Both the position numbers and the translations under genes were made by a program. A DNA stretch of 62,966 nucleotides, counting the filler, from Octopus bimaculoides (Eukaryota): NCBI RefSeq assembly GCF_001194135.2. It is 5 parts of 5 records of this genome, joined end to end, with 100 filler letters (N's around TTAATTAATTAA, not from the genome) between each part and the next. Parts side by side here need not be neighbours in the genome. Positions count along the whole stretch, not along the records: positions 18,403 to 35,664 come from NC_068997.1; positions 35,765 to 60,513 come from NC_068991.1; 3 more parts are not named here. One strand, written 5' to 3'. Shown piece by piece: positions 33,029 through 46,000 of this stretch; position 1 is the first letter of the stretch; every line of letters starts with the position of its first letter. Below the pieces are notes generated by a model that saw nothing but the letters and a program-made list of their open reading frames with translations, was not told where the DNA came from and did no database searches.

Positions 33029-34441
33029 TTACTAAATTATTGAGTGACAAAAGTGTAGTGAATCCGTGAAATTGTAAATGTCACTTCGGATTTTCATCGT
33101 CATTGAAAAAATCTGAGAAACAAAAGAAACGGGAAGAAATGAAATGAAATCTCTCTAAGAATGTGATAAAGGAAATCCTAGAAAATATTGTATTTTAGAT
33201 GATGTCGTTCATTCGACTCGATAAGTTTAGTGAGTGTTAACGAACTGTGTGCGCACACGTTTGTATGTGTCTGTATGTGAACATGACAGGTTTGTCTGTG
33301 TGCATATGTGTGTTTCTGTAAGAGACTTAAGCTGTCATCTAGTCGTCTCATATGTGTGTAGTATACATATATGTGTACTGCGCGCATGCGCGAATTTTTT
33401 CAGTTTCACACATTTCTTGTGATTTTGTAAAAAAATTCCATAGAAATATAGATTTCAAGCCTATTACGACCCCATGGCCGCTATCTTTAGTTGGTTCCTT
33501 ATGGCGGTAGATATCGAGCTTGGTAAATAGATTAGGGCACCGTGGATACGGGATCTCCGGAAATTTCGCTAAAACTGTTTAATGGATGGAACGGGGCGCA
33601 AGAATTTTAACCTTAAAAGCCGACCGAGGGAGAAGTTGATAAATTTTTTATCACAGAAAGCTGTGTGATAAGTATCAATGAGCCTTAAAGACTGATTGTT
33701 AGACTAAAATATGCCAACGATAGGCTGAGAAATGTCGTTGATGACAAACCATTGTCATCACTAATTGTACGTGCATGGAAATCGCAGTTGAATTCTCTGC
33801 CAGGAAAGTTTTAGAAGAGAATGGTTTATGTCACAGCGAAATCAGAATAACACACGTTGCAGTATCTGCATCGATAAAGAAACCTGTTCCTGTCTGTTAA
33901 TCTGTTGCATAGAAAATGTGACTCGTAAGACTATAATAGGAGTTGTGCTTGGCTTTATCTTCTGGCATTGTCGTCTTCCGATTGTTTCGAAGATGCCGGA
34001 GTAAAATCTCTTGTAATCTTACCCTTCGACATCAAACTTGTGGCGAGAGAGTAAGTCTCAAATGCTCCACTCTCTGCCTTGGTGATTGGGCTGCATCATG
34101 GACTGCATGCTTTGGTTTCCAAGTGGCCCTTCGCTACTTTATATATATATAAATTTTTTTTTTTTTTTCTCCGTTTTTTTTCTCCCTTTTTTTTTTTTTT
34201 NNNNNNNNNNNNNNNNNNNNNNNNNNNNNNNNNNNNNNNNNNNNNNNNNNNNNNNNNNNNNNNNNNNNNNNNNNNNNNNNNNNNNNNNNNNNNNNNNNNN
34301 NNNNNNNNNNNNNNNNNNNNNNNNNNNNNNNNNNNNNNNNNNNNNNNNNNNNNNNNNNNNNNNNNNNNNNNNNNNNNNNNNNNNNNNNNNNNNNNNNNNN
34401 NNNNNNNNNNNNNNNNNNNNNNNNNNNNNNNNNNNNNNNNN

Positions 34442-34474
<33 letters not shown>

Positions 34475-35035
34475 CAGGGTATCCCAAAATTAAAGCAACC
34501 AACTTTTTTTTTCAATTTTGCCAAAGCAAAATATTGTTACATTTCGGGTCCGAACGTTGGAATGCAATTGTAAACAAAACACAATTATGACACTACCACA
34601 TTTATTCAATATGACCACCTCTGTTTCGAATCACCGCTTTAAGTCTAGGTGCGAATGCTTCACACGCAGCACGCAGTTGTTCTTGCGGAATCGAAGCCCA
34701 TTCCTGATGCAGTTTTGCTTTCATCGTGTTGGGCAAAGCACGAGAAGTGCTCAGCCTCGTCTCCAAAATGGACCAAGCAGAAAAATCCAGCGGGTTGAGA
34801 TCGGGGCTTCTTGAGGGCCATGCATCCTTGCCTATGAACGACGGAATGTCTTTCTGAATCCAGTGTTGTGCCTGTTTGTGGTATGGCGCCGAGTTCTGTT
34901 GGAGGCGCCAAGTTTTTCCTTGAAAGTATTCATTCGCCCATGGAAATAGTTCAGCTTTCAAAATGTCACTAATGTATCGCTGGGTGTTAGTTTTAACACC
35001 CGAAGGCACAAAATCGATGGGCTGTAACAGCCACT
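34475..35035 (-). mobile_element. Tc1/mariner transposon relic (probably DD37D/maT type), C-terminal half and TIR
   Basis: FVPSGVKTNTQRYISDIL...LQQNSAPYH...WPSRSPDLNPLDFSAWSILE...RLKAVIRNRGGHIE*. The terminus TA|CAGGGTATCCCAAAATTAAAGCAACC is at 34473-34500. Confidence 0.88.
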
Positions 35036-35039
35036 TGAA

Positions 35040-35185
35040 GGTCTCGTTTTTGTACACCCTCGAGTGTTAAAATTAACACCCAAATATACATTAGCGACAT
35101 TCTGGAAGCTGAACTACTTCCATGGGCGAATGAGTACTTTCAAGGCGCACCTTCGAGTCTCCAGCAGGATTCGACACCATGTGTA
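35040..35185 (+). mobile_element. Inverted, diverged second copy of the same transposase segment
   Basis: The plus strand gives GVKINTQIYISDILEAELLPWANEYFQGAPSSLQQDS, mirroring the minus-strand GVKTNTQRYISDILKAELFPWANEYFQGKTWRLQQNS. Confidence 0.85.
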
Positions 35186-35664
35186 CGGCAAACCCTAATT
35201 TTTTTTTTTTTCGTCGAGAGCTTCTATGCCCCAGTATTAGACTATTTACCTCAGTCAATGCTCGGTGATCGCATATAAACCTTTACGCTTACAAAATATT
35301 TACAGAAGTGTAAAATTCAGTACCCTTTACCAAATATTTTCAACATCAGGTATTTGTGCATGTATGTGTGTATATGTGCAATATTTGGAGTCCGTGCAAG
35401 TGCTGATTTGCTTGTTTTATGTATGTATTTTCATGTATATAGTTTAATGTCTAGACATGCACACATGCTCAAATAAACTTCTGGGAAGTTTTACACGTTT
35501 TTACTGTTCCATTGATGGCTTGAATCCTGTATGTTATTAATCAGTTTTATTTCAAGGTTTCTTGCCAATAGAGAAAGAGCCCGTTTCTAACCTAAATCCA
35601 ATGTTCCTTCACTGGGATTTCAACAACATTAACAGGTTATGTATGTATGCATATCTCTATACGT

Positions 35665-35764
35665 NNNNNNNNNNNNNNNNNNNNNNNNNNNNNNNNNNNN
35701 NNNNNNNNTTAATTAATTAANNNNNNNNNNNNNNNNNNNNNNNNNNNNNNNNNNNNNNNNNNNN
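35665..35764. other. Artificial scaffold spacer N44-TTAATTAATTAA-N44
   Basis: Same 100-bp structure as at 11294. Confidence 0.97.
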
Positions 35765-36789
35765 TGTGTGTGTGTGTGTGTGTTTAAAATCAAAAGCAAG
35801 AATGGGAGAGTAAGAGACAAGCAAAAGGTCGGCCTGGGTGGAACGTTTCTCTCTCTCCCACCCCCTTTAAAGTCTCACTTTTTCTCCATTCTTTCGCTTT
35901 CTCTCAATACATCACAACGCTTTCTATCTAGTCTAAGCAGTCAGTATTCCATTTCAAATTCTCTTGAGATTTTCCTTCTTCTAAGAGAGTAAACCATAAC
36001 AATATGCAATTCCTCTTTTATTTTATCAGACCTCGATGTATGTGTGTATGTGTGCGTGTGTGTGTGTGCGTATTCTCATTGAGCTATTTGTTAAAAATGT
36101 TCTTGTGCTATGAAATAGTTTCGTTATATTTACGAGATATTATTTCTCAAAAAAATTGGTGAGAAAAGGCGGGGAGGGAAGCTTGCTATAGTGTGGGTTA
36201 AAAGAACCTTGGCATTCTGTGGTAGCATCATCAGTGCTTCTCAGTTTTTCAAGCGAGCTAAATAATATTTACACTATGATTCCTTCAGTTAAAATTGTTG
36301 AGATACGATTAGCAACTGTCAGGTCTCTTTGATGTAGTGGTTATCGCAGTCGTCCAGATGAGTTGTCTGTTTCCCGCTTACGATTCTGTCCACAGCTTTT
36401 CCGTCATCAAGAGCTATCTTATGTGATATATAGGAAACTTATGTATAACTCCATGTGCATTTTAGCGGATTCTTAGATACTTATTTCTTCAAACGAACCA
36501 AATAGAAATATTTACTTTATAGCTCGTGCAGTTAAGGCTTTTAATATAGGTTTCAAAATTTGGCGCAACGTCAGCATTTTCGAGGAAGGAGTTAGTCGAT
36601 TACATCGACCCCAGAACTCAACTGTTACTTATTTTATCGACCTCGAAAGGATGAAAAGCAAAATCGACTTTGGCGGAGTTTGAACACGAAACGTAAAGAC
36701 GGACGAAATGCCGCTAAGCATTTTTTCCCGGCGCGCTATTGATTGTGCCAGTTCACCGCTGTTAAAACCTTTAAATATTGGCTGTTTTC

Positions 36790-36900
36790 GAGATTGCAGG
36801 CTTCCGGTATATAACAGATAGTGCTTTCAATCCTATAGGCAATTCTTTCCCCTTTTCCATCGTCAAATTGTATCTTAGATCCTGGATTAGATTCTGCCTC
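36790..36900 (-). mobile_element. Possible Penelope-like RT fragment
   Basis: With one 1-nt frameshift it reads KIQF-TMEKGKELP...VIYRKP, versus PLE RT IxFTMExE...LPFLD...RK. Confidence 0.4.
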
Positions 36901-36924
36901 ATTCATTCCGTTCTGTATAAACTA

Positions 36925-37020
36925 TTTATTACCTCCGCCAAGGAAGGAGGTTATGTTTTCATCGGTGTTGGTTTGTCCGTCTGTGTGCAAAATAACTCAA
37001 AAAGTTGTGAACGGTATTTG
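36925..37020 (+). mobile_element. Terminus of a non-autonomous DNA element (Crypton-V-like or DINE/Helentron-like)
   Basis: TATTACCTCCGCCAAGGAAGGAGGTTATGTTTTC...GTTTGTCCGTCTGTGTGCAAAATAACTCAAAAAG: short terminal hairpin plus GTCY motif. Superfamily recalled, not verified. Confidence 0.5.
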
Positions 37021-37818
37021 ATAGGACCTATTTTATGGATCCAAGATGTATGAAAAGCAAAGTCGATTTCTATGTGACTTGGTCTCCAGAATTAAAGGAA
37101 CTGAACTAAAAACTACAAGCAACGTTGCCCGATGCTCTACTGATTCTGTCATCTATTACCCCTTCACTATTAACAATGATAAACAAATCGTTTTCTGAAT
37201 ATAGTATTGATTATAATACTTCCTGTGTTACTACTAATCTTTATTTTAATTATTAGATATGTAAATAAATATGTAATTTGTTGTCTTTGCTAAATTATCA
37301 AGGAAGTAGTCTTGAAAACGTCTCAATTAAACTGAAATGTTTCTTTCCCTAGCTCTAGATGTTGTTATATCTTGTCATTGTTCAGGAAGCACTGAATATG
37401 GATAGATTCATAGTTTCCTTTAATTGTATTTCTTTCATGGCTGAAAATAATCCTGTTAGTTGGATCTATAAATCGTTATAGAGTCTCACTTCTACAAAAG
37501 CTTCTCTTTGTTCGAGCTTATTACAAGTAGGGCTTTTTAATGAGCGTTAATGATTGTTAATCAAACAATTACAAATATTCATTAATGCCTTTATTTTCTC
37601 AAATGCAGTAGCATATCGATCTTTCTCTCTAACCTGAAGAGAGTTGATCATTCCTCTATAAACCGCAAAACTGCTTGACGACTACGTGTAGCTGGTCTAC
37701 TATCAAATGCAACAGAGAGGAAATAGTTCCATGACAATCGTGTAACGCACTACATCAACAGTAATAGTAGCTATTGTTATACAACTACAACCACGACCAG
37801 ACTCCGGTAAAACCATGC

Positions 37819-38018
37819 CTCCAATACAACTACCATAACTCCAATACAACTACCACGACTCCAATACAACTACCACTACTTCGATACAATTACAACAACT
37901 TCAATACAATTACCACGACTTCAATACAATTACCACAACTCCGATACAATTACCACGACTCTAATACAACTACCACAACTCCAATACAATCACCACGACT
38001 CTTATACAACCACTACGA
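37819..38018 (+). repeat. 20-bp minisatellite, 10 copies
   Basis: The unit approximates CTCCAATACAACTACCACGA and starts every 20 nt from 37819 to 37999. Confidence 0.93.
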
Positions 38019-38656
38019 ACTAAGACAGCCACTACGATTCAAGCTAAGCATTCTACCCTAACATCTGTTTTAATTCTTTGGCTTCAATATTGCTTTCAAA
38101 TTTTTGCACAAGGATAGCATTTTCAGGGAAAGGGGAAGTCGATTACTTCGACGCCAGTACTCAACTGACACTTCTTTTTTCAGCCCCGAAAGGATGAAAC
38201 GCACAGTAGATCTCGGCTGAATTTGAACTCAGAACGTAAAAACGGACGAAATACCGCTAAGCATTTTGCCCGGCCTGCTAACGATTCTGCCAGCTTACGG
38301 CTTTCTTTTGCTTTAATATAAATATCATTGTATGAGTTAGGGTTAGTTTTCTTAAAGGATTTAGTAATGTTACTAAAGAACTGATTACTACAACGACAAC
38401 ACATCTGAAATCACACCACACGATTTGCGGCCGCTGCCGCCATCATATCACAAAGGTACCACAGCCATCAACTCACGATTATGATCAATACAGATTTTCT
38501 TCTTTTCCACATAAATTGGAGTTTCATCCTATATAAGAAATCATCATAGTCATCATAGACAACATCTACATCAAGCTCGTTGCCATCGTTATTATTATCC
38601 CCATCACCGAAGACGTCGTCGTTGTTGTTGTTGTTGTTGTTGTGGCTCTTCTTCAC

Positions 38657-38687
<31 letters not shown>

Positions 38688-39029
38688 GTTCTTATCCACA
38701 TCTTCTTGTGAGAACTGTAATTATTTTCGTGTTTTCAAACCGATATGAAATTTGAGTGGCTCGGTCGTAAATCAAGTTTCTATCTTACAAACCACCTACG
38801 ACCCACCATTGCCACTATCACAAACAATATCACGTCATCACAACCATCATCACCATCTCCATCACTACCATCATCATCACCATTATCATCGCTACTACCA
38901 AAATCACCATCACTATCATCATCACCATCACTATCATCATCATCATCATCGAACATTCCCATTGCCGCTATAATCGTTCACCACCACCACCAATAACAAC
39001 AACAAACGAAGGAACTTATACGTGGTCGT

Positions 39030-39790
39030 TCAAAATGCTGGAAATAACAAACAGATCTCTCTCAAATGCCACTGTACGACCTTTAAAAAGAAAGAACAAG
39101 ATGGCCCCAAAGTCGTCACTCTATAAGCTAGAAATAACAATCAAATTACCTAAGACCACATTCCTACAGCCTGAAAAGAGAACATCTTAATTACAAAAAA
39201 TGTGAGGACAGTCATGATTAGAATATCATTGGTCATTGGTGTACTTCATTAGAACTAACCTAGGGTTAAAGAACAGCAGCTAGCGCTATTTTATGTACTC
39301 TACACATACAAGTAATTCTACAACAACGCCATCACTACCGTTATCGTCACCACTTCAACCACCAACGAAAACACAAGCAAGCATTTACCTGGTTCCTCAA
39401 CAGCTAGAAATAGAAGTCAAACCTCACTGAAATCACACCCTACTGTCTTTTAAGACAGCAGGCTGTGATTTAGTAAGGTGTTGTAGTTCTAGATATGATA
39501 TGCCTGAAAAAAATAGGGCGGTCGATGCTGGATTGCTTTTTATCGTATGCGTGCTTAACTTGAGTATCATACAAGAAGAGAAACACCATGCCGCCACAAC
39601 CATCAATACACACTTGTCTGGATCAGCGGAGAAGCTTCTAAGTGATCGCTCGACTTGCTAGAAATAATAGACAAATCTCTCTTAAATCGCACCCTTTAAC
39701 GTCTTAAAAGATAAAAGGACACTAGTGCTAGTTATGCTAAATAATAGGGACAGTAGGGATTTAGCTAGAATATCGTCAGCTGAAAGATTG
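39030..39790 (+). repeat. Three degenerate tandem copies of repeat family G
   Basis: A GCTAGAAATA...AAATC...CTCAAATCACACCCTAC.GTCTT motif occurs at about 39035, 39400 and 39655. Reverse copies at about 32810, 40375, 45930 and 60090. Confidence 0.6.
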
Positions 39791-41499
39791 AGTTCAACAC
39801 CTTGTCAGTCCAGGATTTGAGAGAATCGTCTTTTATTTGTTACTAGCTTCAGTCAGAGGACTGCGGCCATGCTGGGGCAACGCCTTGACGAGCTGTAGTC
39901 AAAGAAATCGATCCAAGTATTATTTGGGGTGGCGGGTCTCAAGTTCGTACTTATTCAATCAGGTCGCCTCCGCCGAACCGCTAATTTACGGGGACGTAAA
40001 CAAACCAGCGCTGGTTGTTAAACGGTGGGTGAGACAAATGAACACACACACACGCACACGCACACACCCACGACAGGCTTCCAAACAGTTTATGTTTACA
40101 CATTGCTTTCATATATTCAGTTTTATCCGAGTCAACGAAGAAGCAGGCAACTATATTGGATAATGTAGTTACATCCAGCAATGTTCGAAAAATAAATGGG
40201 ATGTTCGTGGCTAGAACGCCTTTCGTTAAAGATTTACTCCATCAGGCTTGACCTGGGGCTAAAATCTCAACGACTGTGATTAATATGTACCTCATTTCTC
40301 TCAGCTTCATCCACTTCGCAGCCTCTTTCGTCATAACCACCAGACAGAGGAACACCACCTGTTGATAGTGGAACATAATTGGCTGCTATCTCTAGCAGAT
40401 CGAGCATCTATATACAGACTAGGCTCCCTCGTTAAGTCATTGTTGCCTGAATTGAGACTGCTATTGCAATTGTTTCATTGAAAATCTTGGCTGTTAAAAG
40501 AGATTTCGTTTGGTTTGTCATAAAGTTTAATCTCTACTTCGTCTGATATACGATCTGTTGTGCGATTAACGAAACGATCCACCCACCCGCTTGTATTCTC
40601 TCTCCCCGTCTCTCCCCTCCCCCTCACCTTCTCGTTCTCTATCTCTGTCCCCCGCTCTCTCTCTCTCTCTCTCTCTCTCNNNNNNNNNNNNNNNNNNNNN
40701 NNNNNNNNNNNNNNNNNNNNNNNNNNNNNNNNNNNNNNNNNNNNNNNNNNNNNNNNNNNNNNNNNNNNNNNNNNNNNNNNNNNNNNNNNNNNNNNNNNNN
40801 NNNNNNNNNNNNNNNNNNNNNNNNNNNNNNNNNNNNNNNNNNNNNNNNNNNNNNNNNNNNNNNNNNNNNNNNNNNNNNNNNNNNNNNNNNNNNNNNNNNN
40901 NNNNNNNNNNNNNNNNNNNNNNNNNNNNNNNNNNNNNNNNNNNNNNNNNNNNNNNNNNNNNNNNNNNNNNNNNNNNNNNNNNNNNNNNNNNNNNNNNNNN
41001 NNNNNNNNNNNNNNNNNNNNNNNNNNNNNNNNNNNNNNNNNNNNNNNNNNNNNNNNNNNNNNNNNNNNNNNNNNNNNNNNNNNNNNNNNNNNNNNNNNNN
41101 NNNNNNNNNNNNNNNNNNNNNNNNNNNNNNNNNNNNNNNNNNNNNNNNNNNNNNNNNNNNNNNNNNNNNNNNNNNNNNNNNNNNNNNNNNNNNNNNNNNN
41201 NNNNNNNNNNNNNNNNNNNNNNNNNNNNNNNNNNNNNNNNNNNNNNNNNNNNNNNNNNNNNNNNNNNNNNNNNNNNNNNNNNNNNNNNNNNNNNNNNNNN
41301 NNNNNNNNNNNNNNNNNNNNNNNNNNNNNNNNNNNNNNNNNNNNNNNNNNNNNNNNNNNNNNNNNNNNNNNNNNNNNNNNNNNNNNNNNNNNNNNNNNNN
41401 NNNNNNNNNNNNNNNNNNNNNNNNNNNNNNNNNNNNNNNNNNNNNNNNNNNNNNNNNNNNNNNNNNNNNNNNNNNNNNNNTAAACACACACAGACACAC

Positions 41500-41565
<66 letters not shown>

Positions 41566-41949
41566 CAAACATTTGCATGGCATATTTAAAGATTATTCCC
41601 GCCAACAATGTCTCTAATTACAATTTTACTGCCGAACCTCGTGGTGCCTGGTCATTAATATTCAGACAAGAAGGAGTAGCTCTTCAAACAAGATCGTCCT
41701 CTGCGACCACGTCACTCACGCTGCCCCCTCAGCCACCCCCACCACCACCCACATGCACCTATCACCACTACCACCACTACCTCCACCACCAATACGATAA
41801 CCACCACAAGTAGCAACAACGCCATTCTAATCCACTGTTACCAGCCAGAAAACATACTTTTGCTCACCGAGCCATACTTGGTTTTACTTCTTCCGTTACA
41901 TTTGCTGTAATTTCTGACATTTGGTTTATTATTATCTCTTTATCACAGG

Positions 41950-42310
41950 TTTAGTTGGATCTCCTGGAGTCTTACATGCGTAGCGGGCTTGCTACCATGC
42001 AATCCATTTTTTCAGCTCTCTAACACTTTCCTGATTATTCTGGTCGTGCCAAGGAGGCAAACCTTTTGTAACAGTTCTACTGGGCACTCTATTCCAATTT
42101 CCTTTATATTCCTCTTGATGCCTTCTGATACTGTCCCCAAGGACCCAACAATAGTTGGCACTATCTTCACCTTCTTCAGTTTCCATAGCCGGGCTATTTC
42201 GTACTTAAAAGGGTTGTATTTATCTATCTTTTTGCCTCCCTTCTTAACTATCCGTGGGTCAAAGGGACATGCAACATCAACTATACAGCATGTGTGGTAC
42301 ACCTTGTCTA
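41950..42310 (-). mobile_element. RLE-encoding non-LTR retrotransposon 3' end (R4/Dong/HERO/NeSL-like)
   Basis: CCIVDVACPFDPRIVKK..KKIDKYNPFKYEIARLWKLKKVKIVPTIVGSLGTV...ELLQKVCLLGTTRIIRKVL* matches the restriction-like endonuclease C-terminus. Confidence 0.85.
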
Positions 42311-42369
42311 CTCCCTTGTATTCTTTTTCCCTGTCTCTCTTCTCATTCTCCTCTCAATCTCTCCATCTC

Positions 42370-42432
<63 letters not shown>

Positions 42433-42970
42433 AGTGAGCTGGCAAAATCATTAGCACGCTGGGCGAAATGCTTAGCGGTATTTTGTCCGTCGCTGCGTTC
42501 TGAGTTCAAATTCCGCCGAAGTCGACTTTGCCGTTCATCCTTTCAAGGTCGATAAATTAAGTATCAGTGAAACACTGGGGGTCAATGTAATCGATTAGTC
42601 CCCTCCCCCAAAATTTCAAGGCCTTGTTCCTTCAGTAGATAGGATATTACACACTTGTTTGGAGATAAATATTGATTGTCCTTGTTAAAGACAAATGTCG
42701 GTGCATTATCAGAATGATTAGAGAATCGAAAAAATTTTTGAATTATTTGTTCTGACCTTTGACTTTTGGGGTTCAAATCCCACTGAAATCAACTTCGCAT
42801 TTCATCTTTCCGGGGTCGATAAAACAAAGTACCAATCCAAGGGGTAAGTTTAATCGACTAATAGGTTACTCAACTGTTAATATATAAATGCAATGTAGTT
42901 GAAACATATGTAGTCTATGGAGAGCTGTGTATATAAAAAGAAAGAATTAAAAGTAATACTATGCTACTTC

Positions 42971-43012
<42 letters not shown>

Positions 43013-46000
43013 GATATATATATATATATATATATATAATCATATGAACTATAATCGCTCAACCGGCAGGAAATGTACGACCTTTCATAAAAACACAACA
43101 GTCTGGAATTTTTAGTTCAGACTTCACTAGCAGACTATGCAGCGCTGAGGTATAGACAGCTTCGTTTAACATATCCATTTATTCGATGGTACTGATACGC
43201 GAAGGGCATCTGGAAGTTTTCATTCTTTACCGTTGTTGATTTTTGTTTTGCTTTGTTTGTTTTTTTCTTTTCGTGTTTAGTTTTTAGTTTTTTCCTGATT
43301 CTTATCGTCACTTAGGTTACCTCAGCTATACGATGTTTCCCCCACCCCTCATTCATATCAGCCATTCATTATGCGGCTGATATGTTGTAAATACATTTTA
43401 TAATTTTAAATCTAATGAAAAATGGCTGGATGAGGGAAAAGGCTCAAATAATAAAAATAATAATAATGATGAGACAGAATAAGTTTGAATATTGCTTTAA
43501 AGAAAATATGGTGGGGATGACGATGACAATGATGATGACGGTGACGACGATGATGATGATGGTGATGACGACGAGCAAGAGGATCTAATCTTCGCTCACT
43601 ATTAAATATTGTTGGTTCGCTCTGTTTTATTTAGTGGAATATAATTTTTTCTGTTTAACGTTTGACAAGCTAACATGGACGAAAAAAATCACAAAGTACC
43701 TCTTTCCCGAAATAGCATTGTTGACCCGAAGTGAACTCTGCCACTAGGTATGCTTCTATCTGACCAACACTGTTCATAATTAATACAGCGGAAGTGCTTT
43801 TTAATAGATGTAGCATTTTAAAAGTTGTGTCCTCTTTACTGACCAGACAATTGATTGATATAAAAGTACACACATACTCTCCAAACTAGCTTTCACTAAA
43901 CACTCCAGCTTATGCAGGAAATGGCGTGAATTGTTCTCAGTTAACTGTTGTTGAAATGACTAAGCTCTTTCGTAGATACGCGTTGGGTACTTATTTTGAA
44001 AAAGGTGGGTGGATAGTTTATCGATTGTCTCGAGCTTATTAATGGTATTTATTTTATAAACCGACGGAGGCCTCAACGTGATTGATTGGCGTGCAATAAA
44101 GAGCAGCTAAATGTCCCTCAAATTACTCTGTACTGTCTTACAAAGGAAATTTTTTCTCTCTTTTACTTGTTTAATTCATTGGACTGCGGCCATGTTAGGG
44201 CAACACTTTGAAGTGTTGCTCTAATAATAATTTGACCCCAGAACTTTTCTTTACTTTTTTTAAAGTTTGGTCTATTGGTCTCTTTTACCGAATCACAAAG
44301 TTACAGGGATGTAAACAAACCAACTACGGTTGTCAACTTGTAGAGGCAAACACAGAGACATATATTCTGACAAATGTGTACATACATACATACATATTCG
44401 ACGGGTTTCTTTCAGTTTCTGTGTGCTAAATTTTCTCACAAGGCTTTGGCCGCCTCGGGGTTATAGTAGAGATCGTGTTGCGGTCTTATGTGTCTCATGG
44501 CACGGAGAGAACTAGCTAAACCACTAACATATATGGTTTCAAATTTTGGAACAATGCCAGCACTTGCGGGGGAGAGGTAAGTCGATTACGTCGATCCCCA
44601 GTGCTCGACTGGTACTTATTTTATCGGTCCCGAAATGATGAAAGACAAAGTCGATGTCAGCGGAATCTGGATTCAGAACGTAAAGACGGACGAAATGCCA
44701 CTAAGCATTTTGTCCCTCGTGCTAACGATTCTACAGGATCTCCGCTTTCTAACTGACTTATATATTATAACCATCTAATCTCGTTCACAACAGGCTCCAT
44801 TAACCAAAGATATCGTTTTTCAAACCTTTGGCACTCATTTACGTATAAAATTGTGAACTCGATGACTGAGATATCTATATCAATATATCAAAGTGAGGGT
44901 TAGCGTATTTGATGAAGCTAGCCAAAATATTTTAATTAATTAATTGAATGTGGAATGCAGTAGGGAACGGGTGTTAAAATTCCTTGGCTTACTCCATCAA
45001 ATATCTTAGCTCCTACATTATCATTAATTTTTCATGCAGGAAACGTATCTTTGGTCAGTCGTTCTATATCAGTATACAGTGGAAGCCGCATATAATAGTC
45101 ACGGATAATGTTATAAACCAATTATTGTCATGAAAATGAGTGGGCTCTAAATTTTCTACCCAATCACTCATATGTCAATTAAGAGTGAAAGCTGTTTCTA
45201 ATAGTGTCGGATTATGTTATCAATCGGTTATTGTTATCAAAATTACAAATTATTTGCTTAATGTGATGAACTATAAACTCCGACCTTGCGATAAGAATAC
45301 TTGGACTTTTTCATTAATCTTAGAAATATTGTTAGCGTGGTGCCAACAGAGAGCTTACGAAGTATTTTGTCCGGATTGGTAATCACTCACCACTAACTCT
45401 GTTTTATACACACACACATATATGTACATACACATCCATGCATATAATATATATATATGTATGTATTTATATATTTAAATTTGAGATTACAAATTTGACA
45501 TTACAAATTATTTGCTTAATGTCATCAGCCGATTATTGTTATCAAAAAGCTTTGTCCCCAAAGTGATTAAATTCAGCGGTTTTCATTGTTGGCTGACATA
45601 AAAAATGGATTAAAAAATGTGTTAAATTGTGGCTATTTACTCGATATTCGAAAGTAATAGCGCATAACTCAGTAGGTGATTGTAGGCCACCTGAAGACTT
45701 TGTTGCCATGAAACATGTCTAGTGCAAGTTATCATGACAACGGTTATATTTATTTCACTGAAAAATCAGTTAATTGTAAAATTTTAGCTCCACATCGCAT
45801 GCTAACGAAACATTTATCGATTTATCAGGGCTCAAAGACACTTCAAGTAAGGCCATCCCGTCCTTTTGACAAGATATCTTGGATTGCATTATCCAGTATG
45901 ACCTCTCTTTCTTAAGACGATGGATAAGTCAAGGGTGATTTGATTTGTATTTCTAGCACGTTAAGCAAACACAGGTTTCTCTGTTTGCTAGAGGGATCCA

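Noticed and set aside
38468-38996. His-rich, Ser-rich or Asp-rich proteins
   Set aside because: These are translations of (CAT)/(CAC)/(GAT) microsatellites, open in several frames on both strands.
40475-41608. Long ORFs of 250-470 aa here and at 21030, 48070, 49466, 53864 and 58936
   Set aside because: They are made of N gaps (X) and microsatellite translations (YIYI, HTHT, poly-I/N), so they are not genes.
43670-43748. Plus-strand exon AG|CTAACATGG...CACTAG|GTATGC
   Set aside because: All three frames hit a stop within or at the end of the segment.
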